DNA from: Eledone cirrhosa
Taxonomy: Eukaryota
Length of the DNA stretch: 64,000 nt
Assembly: GCA_964016885.1 (NCBI GenBank)
Contig: OZ024763.1
Location: 13,268,001 to 13,332,000, forward strand
Reading direction: 5' to 3'
Of the stretch, positions 54,671 to 64,000 are shown piece after piece. Numbering within the stretch: the stretch's first letter is position 1; every line of letters starts with the position of its first letter. Below the pieces are notes generated by a model. The model ran no database searches. It was given only the letters and a program-made list of their open reading frames with translations, and was not told the origin of the DNA. The position numbers and the translations under genes were made by a program.

Positions 54671-56009
54671 TTATCTATATCTATATTTACATATAATATA
54701 AAAGATTGAAATTTCCATCATCCTTTTGAAAAACCTAGACCTGCTACATCTATGCAATGGCACACACTTAAGTCAGGCGGAAGATGAACTATCTCCTAGA
54801 GCTCTCTATTCTTGGAGGCAATCAGCACGGAGAAAATGCATTTATTCCCAATATTCCTCTTATCCCTTCCTTTACTGAACTGTCATTCAAATTCTCAAGA
54901 CTTCAGTTCCCTGTTTTGCTATGACCGTAAATAAAACCCAGGTAGAGTTTCAAAGTTGTAGGACTAAGTACAAGAGAATCACTTTTTACACATGGACAGT
55001 TATATGTGGGTTGTTCATGAGTGGGAACACCTAGAAATCTTCTTATACTATACACAAACAGTAAAACAAAGAATGTTGTGTATCTGGAAGATTTTTTTTA
55101 CTGTTTATTCTTTTCTTTTGTCACACACACACACACACACCAGTCTCGCCTTATACTGTAAACGAGAAAAACATTCAATAGTCATTTTCTCTTCTACATG
55201 TCTTTTCTTATCTGTTTACCGGGGCAAAGTTGGGTGCATCATCTAGTATATATATAGAGAGACACAGAGAGAGAGAGAGAGCTGTTGAAACGGCTGGGGC
55301 TCATAACCCTTGCTAATATTATAATAATACATCAAATTTGCAACTGCATCAGAGCAATAGAATCCAAATTAGAAGTATCCCCATACACTTAATTGTTTCT
55401 CCTTTTAGCACAAGGCCACCAATTATCCCAGTGCATTACTGGTACTTTATTTTATCGACCCCGTAAGGATGAAAGGCAAAGCTAACCTCAGCGGGATTTG
55501 AACTCAGAACGTAAAGGGCCATAACTTTATGCTGCAAAGAGTTATGACCCTTTAACATAATACGATTGCCCAGCTCCCAAATTACAGTTCCAATGTGAGC
55601 AGGGTCCAGCATGGCCAACATGCCTGACTATTCTCATAATAGGACCACCCAGATACCAAAATAAAGTAAGTCCTGATATGTGCAAGGTACGGCACAGCCA
55701 TCAAGCCAGATTTGGCTTATAACAGGACCACCCAGCTCCCAAACTATGGTTCTGATGTGAGCAGGGTACGGCAGAGCCAACCTGGCCAGACCCACTTCCT
55801 AACAGGACCACCCCAGTTCCACACTGTGAACATGGTTAGTGTTAGGAAGGACATCCAGCTGTAGAAATCCTAGCCCATAATACAGTTCCGTCTGAACAAA
55901 GTGGGACCAGCTGGCCAGACTTGTCTCATGACATCGGTGACCCATCTAACCCATGCAAGCATGGAAAAATAAACATTAAACGGTGATGATGATGTGTGTG
56001 TATATATAT

Positions 56010-56397
56010 CATCATCATCACTGTTTTACGTCCGTTCTTTCACGCTAGCATGGGTTAGACGGGTTGTCCTGTTGTGGGCAGTGTCCAGTCGGCTGACCTT
56101 GTCTTGCTCATACTGGAACTGATTCTGGCTTGATTTCTACAGCTGGATGCCCTTCCTAACACCAACCTCATTTCCAGTGAGTGGTGAGTGCTTTTTTTTT
56201 CCGTGGCACCTCCACGACCACTTTGCAGTGGAATGATAGGGACCCCAGTCCCTATCATCTCATTTCTACAGCTGAGTAAACTGGAGCAATGTGAAATAAA
56301 GTGTCTTGCTCAAGGAAACAACGCATCACCCGGTCCGAGAATTGAACTCACAATCTTTCGATTGCAAGCCCAATGCTCTAACCACTAAGCCATGCAC
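56010..56397 (-). mobile_element. tRNA-derived SINE, family B, near full length
   Basis: A/B boxes, core and (GAT)n tail. Confidence 0.8.
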
Positions 56398-56416
56398 ATA
56401 TATATATATATATATA

Positions 56417-56463
<47 letters not shown>

Positions 56464-56589
56464 ATATATCTATATATACATACATACATACATACATGTC
56501 TTGAAGTTTAGTCAGTGGCCCACATCTTGTAAAACCAAACAAAGAAACAAGAAAGACAAGAAAAGATGGAGGTAAAAGGTTTTATGTTG

Positions 56590-56595
56590 TTTATT
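56590..56595 (-). promoter_or_regulatory. Candidate poly(A) signal of COX6A
   Basis: AATAAA about 120 nt after the COX6A stop. Confidence 0.5.
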
Positions 56596-56712
56596 GTACC
56601 TGTAACTGATAGATTACATTGGGTAGTTGTTACCTGGGGCTACACAGTACAACTAATAACTTATATATTATAATAGAAAGGTGACAGCAATGACAATAAC
56701 ATCAACATGGTT

Positions 56713-56793
56713 CTAATCTTCATAACCCTCAGGTAAAGCATTCACAGCTTTGTTATGGAACAGCCCATGGTTACCATCACCCCAGGGGAATGG
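56713..56793 (-). CDS. COX6A: Cytochrome c oxidase subunit 6A, last exon
   Basis: tttttcAG|[26 protein letters not shown], carrying the COX6A signature PFPWGDGxHxLFHN. Confidence 0.95.
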   Translation of the reverse strand, partial: PFPWGDGNHGLFHNKAVNALPEGYED

Positions 56794-56897
56794 CTGAAAA
56801 ACAAACATCAATAATTATAACAACATTGCACAAGTGGAATTTGTGACTAAAGATATTGAAAAATATAAAGAAGAAATTTACAAATCATCAACGTTGA

Positions 56898-58280
56898 CTG
56901 TTACAGGGTTAACACACTGAATTGTGTGGCTGGTGTACCCTGCCCTGTTACAGGGTTAACACACTGAATTGTGTGGCTGGTGTACCCTGCCCTGTTACAG
57001 GGTTAACACACTGAATTGTGTGGCTGGTGTACCCTGCCCTGTTACAGGGTTAACACACTGAATTGTGTGGCTGGTGTACCCTGCCCTGTTACAGGGTTAA
57101 CACACTGAATTGTGTGGCTGGTGTACCCTGCCCTGTTACAGGGTTAACACACTGAATTGTGTGGCTGGTGTACCCTGCCCTGTTACAGGGTTAACACACT
57201 GAATTGTGTGGCTGGTGTATCCTGCCCTGTTACAGGGTTAACACACTGAATTGTGTGGCTGGTGTACCCTGCCCTGTTACAGGGTTAACACACTGAATTG
57301 TGTGGCTGGTGTACCCTGCCCTGTTACAGGGTTAACACACTGAATTGTGTGGCTGGTGTACCCTGCCCTGTTACAGGGTTAACACACTGAATTGTGTGGC
57401 TGGTGTACCCTGCCCTGTTACAGGGTTAACACACTGAATTGTGTGGCTGGTGTACCCTGCCCTGTTACAGGGTTAACACACTGAATTGTGTGGCTGGTGT
57501 ACCCTGCCCTGTTACAGGGTTAACACACTGAATTGTGTGGCTGGTGTACCCTGCCCTGTTACAGGGTTAACACACTGAATTGTGTGGCTGGTGTACCCTG
57601 CCCTGTTACAGGGTTAACACACTGAATTGTGTGGCTGGTGTACCCTGCCCTGTTACAGGGTTAACACACTGAATTATGTGGCTGGTGTACCCTGCCCTGT
57701 TACAGGGTTAACACACTGAATTTTGACTGATGTAGCCTGCCTTGTTACAGGGTTAACACAGAATTATGACTGATGTACCCTGCCTTGTTACAGGGTTAAC
57801 ACAGAATTGTGACTGATGTACCCTGCCCTGTTACAAGATTAATACTAAATTGTGACTGATGTACTCTGTCTTGTTACAGGGTTAACACACAGAATTATGA
57901 CTGATGTACCCTGCCTTGTTACAGGGTTAATACTGAATTGTGAGTGATATACCTTGCCTTGTCACAAGATTAACACACTGAATTATGACTGATGTACCCT
58001 GCCTTGTTACAGGGTTAATACTGAATTATGACTGATGTACCCTACCTTGTCACAGGATTAACACACTGAATTATAACTGATGTACCCTGCCTTGTTACAG
58101 GGTTAACACACTGAATTATGACTGATGTACCCTGCCTTGTCACAGGGTTAACACACTAAATTATGACAGATGTACCCTGCCTTGTTACAGGGCGACACAA
58201 TGAATTATGACTGATGTAGCCTGTCTTGTTACTGGGTTAACACACTAAATTATGACTGGTGTACCCTGTCTTGTTACAGC
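56898..58280. repeat. 47-bp minisatellite in the COX6A intron (~29 copies)
   Basis: CTGTTACAGGGTTAACACACTGAATTGTGTGGCTGGTGTACCCTGCC. About 17 near-identical copies, then diverged ones. Confidence 0.95.
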
Positions 58281-58464
58281 CCCAACACTGCTGCACGCGA
58301 GAGCCCACCCTCCTCCCCCCTCCCATTCTTCTGTGACCCCAGAACCCTTACCCTTCCCTTCATTTTCCGTTTTTAAATATCTGTAGTGTTGTTGTTATTT
58401 GAAATAGATTTGTTTATGATTTTTTTTTTTTTATTAATAAAACATTTTAAAAAAAAAGGTTTAC

Positions 58465-58610
58465 CTTATTGCGAATATAGAGATGAGCATAAGGTTTGAA
58501 CTCAGGTCTTCCATGCTCATGTTCCGCGAAAACATAGGCATTTGCCCAACACAGGGCTACACCGGGGAGAGCAACAAAAAATGTCAGGTTCCGCCAAAGT
58601 TTGACACCGT
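58465..58610 (-). CDS. COX6A: Cytochrome c oxidase subunit 6A, penultimate exon (first exon not identified)
   Basis: tctcttgcAG|..GVKLWRNLTFFVALPGVALCWANAYVFAEHEHGRPEFKPYAHLYIRNK|GTAAA. TM helix plus RPEFxxYxHLxIRxK, phase 0 into the last exon. Confidence 0.95.
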
Positions 58611-59177
58611 CTGCAAGAGATAGAAAATGAAGAAAAGAATAAAAATGTTTATTGTTAATCCTTTTGATAGTAAACCACCTTAAAACCACCCAGGCTGCTC
58701 ATACTGATGTTAAGGCATGATTCTCAAAATAAATAATTGTTTCTACTTTTGGCGCAAGGCCAGCAATTACCCCAGTGCATTACTGGTACTTTATTTTATC
58801 GACCCCGTAAGGACGAAAGGCAAAGTTAACTTCGGCGGGATTTGAACTGAGAATGGCAAAATAAATAATATCAAATTATCATGTGAGATAAAGCCTTTTC
58901 CATGAAAATATAATGGTAAATATAGAGTAATGTGAATGCTCAAGGGTTAAACCAGCCCCCTCATACTGACATTAAGGTATTGTTCTCAAAATAAATAATA
59001 TCAAAATCTCAAAAATACAACAGTAAATATAGAGAAATGTAAATGCTAAAGGGTTTAAGTATTTATATTTATCTAAACATCTTCATATAATTTTATGTAA
59101 GAACCTTTAAGTTATGCTCCAAACACCAGCTTAATAATGAGAAAGTCATATTACTAAAGCCCTTCAAAATCATAGGG

Positions 59178-59480
59178 AACAGTGTCTTTCATTAGAAATA
59201 TGGTAATGAAAGGGTTAATGATAAACAGTGTCTTTCATTAGAAATATGGTAATGAAAGGGTTAATGACATAGACAGTGTCTTTCATTAGAAATATGGTAA
59301 TGAAAGGGTTAATGACACAGACAGTGTCTTTCATTAGATATATGGTAATGAAAGGGTTGATGACAGTGTCTTTCATTAGAAATATGTCACACACTGTGTC
59401 TTTCATTGGAAATATGGTAATGAAAGGGTTAATGACATAGACAGTGTCTTTCATTTGAAATATGGTAATGAAAGGGTTAG
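59178..59480. repeat. ~47-bp tandem repeat ending AAAGGGTTAA
   Basis: ACAGTGTCTTTCATTAGAAATATGGTAATGAAAGGGTTAATG x ~7. Confidence 0.85.
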
Positions 59481-60039
59481 TTAAATGAAAGAAAATTAAT
59501 GAAAAAAAAAAATGTCTATTGTTATTGTGTTATACCAGGGTGATAGGACTGGAGTCCAGCTTCTGAAGAGTAGAGGTGACACGAAATATCAGCCAGCCTC
59601 TGAGGAGCAGAGGTGACACTAGATATCAGCCAACCTCCGAGGAGCAGAGGTGACACTATGGCACTACATTAGAGAGCCTCAGAGGGGAAGAGGCTACAAC
59701 AGTAGCAACAGATGAGATAGACAGTCAAGGGTGTTTGTGTAACAAATACATTCTACCAGAAGGGCTTCCACACAGTTTCTGACTACTAAACTTCGTTTGA
59801 AAGGCTTTGGTCAAACTCAAGCTATGGTACAAAAAAACATTCCATCTGAAGGGTTCCACATAGTTTTTGACAACCAAATTCCATTCAAGATATAATTCCC
59901 CCCCGCCCCGCCCCTCTCATACACACACACACACTCATAACAAGGTTAATTAGGTGTTAGAGGTTACACAGGTGAGATGGGGTCCTAAGGTGTGATGGAG
60001 AGAGAAAGAAAGATGTTGGCATTGTTTGACTATAAAGTA

Positions 60040-61178
60040 ACATAGGTGAGAGAGAGAGAGAGACTGTTAGGCTATAGATAAAACACAGGTGTGATGAGAG
60101 AGAGAGAGAGACTGTGTTAGGCTATAGATAAAACACAGGTGTGATGAGAGAGAGAGAGAGACTGTGTTAGACTATAGATAAAACACAGGTGTGATGAGAG
60201 AGAGAGACTGTGTTAGACTATAGATAAAACACAGGTGTGATGAGAGAGAGAGAGAGACTGTGTTAGACTATAGATAAAACACAGGTGTGATGAGAGAGAG
60301 AGAGAGACTGTGTTAGACTATAGATAAAACACAGGTGTGATGAGAGAGAGAGAGAGACTGTGTTAGACTATAGATAAAACACAGGTGTGATGAGAGAGAG
60401 AGAGAGACTGTGTTAGACTATAGATAAAACACAGGTGAGAGAGAGAGAGAGAGACTGTGTTAGACTATAGATAAAACACAGGTGTGATGAGAGAGAGAGA
60501 GAGACTGTGTTAGACTATAGATAAAACACAGGTGTGATGAGAGAGAGAGAGAGACTGTGTTAGACTATAGATAAAACACAGGTGTGATGAGAGAGAGAGA
60601 GAGACTGTGTTAGACTATAGATAAAACACAGGTGTGATGAGAGAGAGAGAGAGACTGTGTTAGACTATAGATAAAACACAGGTGTGATGAGAGAGAGAGA
60701 GAGAGACTGTGTTAGACTATAGATAAAACACAGGTGTGATGAGAGAGAGAGAGAGAGACTGTGTTAGACTATAGATAAAACACAGGTGTGATGAGAGAGA
60801 GAGAGAGAGACTGTGTTAGACTATAGATAAAACACAGGTGTGATGAGAGAGAGAGAGAGAGAGACTGTGTTAGACTATAGATAAAACACAGGTGTGATGA
60901 GAGAGAGAGAGAGACTGTGTTAGACTATAGATAAAACACAGGTGTGATGAGAGAGAGAGACTATGTTAGACTATAGATAAAACACAGGTGTGATGAGAGA
61001 GAGAGACTATGTTAGACTATAGATAAAACACAGGTGTGATGAGAGAGAGAGACTATGTTAGACTATAGATAAAACACAGGTGTGATGAGAGAGAGAGACT
61101 GTGTTAGACTATAGATAAAACACAGGTGTGATGAGAGAGAGAGAGACTGTTAGACTATAGATAAAACACAGGTGTGAT

Positions 61179-61209
<31 letters not shown>

Positions 61210-61326
61210 ACTATAGATAAAACACAGGTGTAATGAGAGAGAGAGAGACTATGTTAGACTATAGATAAAACACAGGTGTGATGAGAGAGAGAGAGACTAT
61301 GTTAGGCTCTAGATAAAACACAGGTG

Positions 61327-61367
<41 letters not shown>

Positions 61368-61452
61368 ACTATAGATAAAACACAGGTGTAATGAGAGAGA
61401 GAGAGAGACAATGTTAGACTATAGATAAAACAGAGGTGTGATGAGAGAGAGA
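60040..61452. repeat. ~50-bp minisatellite with variable (GA)n
   Basis: CTGTGTTAGACTATAGATAAAACACAGGTGTGAT(GA)n x ~28. Confidence 0.95.
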
Positions 61453-63067
61453 TGCTATGGGGAGATGAGAGAGAGATATGAGGGGGAGTTGAAAGAGAGA
61501 TGTGAGGGAGAGGTGAGAGTTTCTGGGGGTGGTGGTGGAAGAAAGAGAGAGAGATGTTACGAGGGGGGGGGTGTTGAAAGAGAGAGAGAGATATGCTAGG
61601 GGTGGAGATATATTAAACTATAATAGATATGACTACAGAGAGATGAGCTGGGGCAGAGATACTGCATTGCAGATCTAGATACAATAATCAATATCTATGA
61701 TTAGAATTATCATTACTGTCATGATGATGATGATGATGCTGGTTTGCAGACATTAACACACACACACATTTTGGCAGTGTTCCACTTTGGCCAAAGACCC
61801 ACACTTATTTAAACTGACTGAAATAATAAAGTTATGCACCTACATATATAATAATTGTTTCTACTTTTGGCACAAGGCCAGCAATTCCAGCCAAAAACCC
61901 CAGTCCACCCTGAATAGAAGTTGTGCAGATAACACAAGGAAAAAAAAGCACTCGGTACACCCTGTTAGATGGGTCATTTTGGTGCCACAATAAAAACCAC
62001 TTGGTGTTAGGAAGGGCATCCAGTCATAGAAGCCAAGCCAAAATACAGATTTGTATGAGCAAGATGCAGTTTCCTGATGTGACTTGCCTTATAATGTGAC
62101 AACCCTTCTAACTCATGCAAGCATGGAAAATGGACGTTAAACTATGATGATGAAATCTCTCAAAATTCTTCATTAATTGAAATAGCATGTGTTTCATTAG
62201 AAATACAATTCCGAAAGGGTTAATATTGAAGTGCCAAATTCAAGGATTGCAATACAACACTCACACCAGATGGTTTCAATAACACTATGTAACCTTTGCT
62301 TTATCAGGATTTATTTTTCAGTCTATTACTAAATTTAAGGAGCTGATTCACCCTTCTTTGCTCACTTAATCCTGGGAGGACCATGGGAGCAGACTCCTCA
62401 AACACGCCTTCCCCCACTTATTCCTTTATTCCTGGGAGAGTTGGGGGGGGGGGGGGGGGGGGGCAGAGTCCTCAAGCACAACTTCTAGAGGGTCTTGTCT
62501 GAAGCAACAGTTTCCAATTAATCTGGCTAGATCCCCAAGTGAGACTAGCTGAACTCATGGATGTTGTCCAACCATCTTGCTTATTGTCTACCTCTGGGTT
62601 TCCTGTCGGTTGGTTTTGCACATAAAATCTGTCCAGCAATTGTTTCTTTAGACATATCCATAATTAATTTTTCTCTATCATCAACTGAAATTACAACCAT
62701 GAGACCATCTTCCTAACCACTAGGCCATGCACTTCTATATAGACACCTGAATAAACAAAATAGTCATTATATACTGTAGGAGCACTTGATAGAATGAGGG
62801 CATGTGTGTAAGGGAGAATCAGGGCACCCAGCCCATCAGTAACTCTGCTTGAGACTGACTTGGTCAGTGATAACCCATCCAACCGTTGCTAACAGGGAAA
62901 ATGGATGTTAAATGATGATACTGTATTGTTAACCTTTCTGATACTGACCCCAACCACTGGTTCTAACATAAATCAGTTGATTCTTTTAACACTAAACTGT
63001 CCTTTGTTCAACAATACAAAACTGTTCGTTTTAAAATGTTTATATTCACCTAAAAACCTTCCATTAT

Positions 63068-63250
63068 AATTGGCAGAATCGGTAGAGGGTCGGACGCCAT
63101 GCTTTCCAGCATAGTTACGTCCCTTTACAGTCTGAGTTCAATTCCTGTCCAGGTTAACTTTGCCTTTCATCCTTACGGGGTCGATAAAATAAAGTACCAG
63201 TAATGCACTGAGGTAATTTCTGGCCTTGTGCCAAAAGTAGAAACAATCAT
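63068..63250 (+). mobile_element. tRNA-derived SINE, family A
   Basis: A/B boxes and core. Confidence 0.75.
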
Positions 63251-63769
63251 AATTTTATGTAAGAACCTTTGTTAAGTTATATTCCAAACACCACCTTAAC
63301 CCTTTAGCATTTACATTATTCTACATTGACTCATATTTTCGTGGTAAAGGCTTTACCTCACATAATATCGAATCTATGAGATTTTGATATTTTTTTTTAG
63401 TACAATACCTTATTGTCAGTATGAGTGGCAGGTTATGGCCAGATTGAACATAAAGAGGTGAGAGAATTCTGGCCAGATACAGCCGGTTTAAATACTAAAG
63501 GATCGATAATGAGTATTTTACTAAATCCTTCTAGATTCTTGTTTATTTTCAAAATTATCTAAAAATTACAAGTAGTAAAATTTCAATAGAAATATGCTAT
63601 CAAAAGAGTGTGTTTTATATTCATCTGAAAACTTTCCATCATAATTCTGTAACAACCTGTGTTATGTTCCAAATAATAAGAAAGTTGGTTATATTACTAA
63701 ACCCTTCCAGTTTCTTGATTATTTTCAAAATTATTTGAAAATAATAGAAATGTCAGTGATAGGTACATT

Positions 63770-64000
63770 TTTCAAATGCATGAAAGATCTATAGAGGTGG
63801 TTGTTAACTTCCGAAATCAAGGTGATCAAATTAGCAAGGGATCAGGATGCTCCAAAGTCATAGCATCTAGAATAAGGACAGGATGGGAGAAGTGTAGGGA
63901 GCTGCTTCCTCCGTTGACAACGAAGGGTTTCTACCTGCAAATGAAAGGTCGGTTGTATGATGCCTATGTGAGATGCACGATGCTGCATGGTAGTGAGACA
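63770..64000 (+). mobile_element. RTE LINE RT fragment (continues beyond window)
   Basis: GDQISKG..SRIRTGWEKCRELLP..KGRLYDAYVRCTMLHGSET, homologous to 20500-20730. Confidence 0.8.

Noticed and set aside
59557-59595. Hammerhead-like CTGAAGA..GAAATATC
   Set aside because: Stems I and II are only about 2 bp, and sister copies in the same short tandem repeat lack GAAA. Likely chance.
60040-61452. CRISPR-like array (also 8455-9170 and 56898-58280)
   Set aside because: No unique spacers, no cas genes, eukaryotic context.

Overview
Eukaryotic, AT-rich, repeat-saturated DNA. The SINE/LINE content and the (TA)n/(CA)n density suggest an octopus or other coleoid cephalopod (inference, not verified). 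Most ORFs in the supplied track are translations of microsatellites. Two spliced genes can be supported. (1) A + strand gene of at least 5 coding exons (1634-1924, 11760-11879, 17525-18545, 19818-19940, 24552-24736; about 579 aa, all splice phases consistent) encodes a long coiled-coil with a C-terminal death domain. (2) The last two exons of cytochrome c oxidase subunit 6A lie on the - strand (58465-58610, 56713-56793). An 8.2-kb triplet-periodic repeat (41.8-49.9 kb) is stop-free on both strands. On the - strand it reads as a mucin-like (TPTTVL)n frame that can only be entered through an in-frame TGA in a CxxCR*C context. The rest is CR1, RTE and R4/Dong LINE fragments, tRNA-derived SINEs, MITE/Helitron-like elements and many minisatellites. 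The signals most worth follow-up are: several minimal type-I hammerhead ribozyme motifs, mostly followed at once by AATAAA/ATTAAA (Penelope-like ends), including a head-to-head pair just after the death-domain gene's stop; the TGA-gated mucin-like frame; and an RTE LINE with a PHD finger inside its RT and an apparent twin-priming 5' inversion. All coordinates and folds were read by eye.
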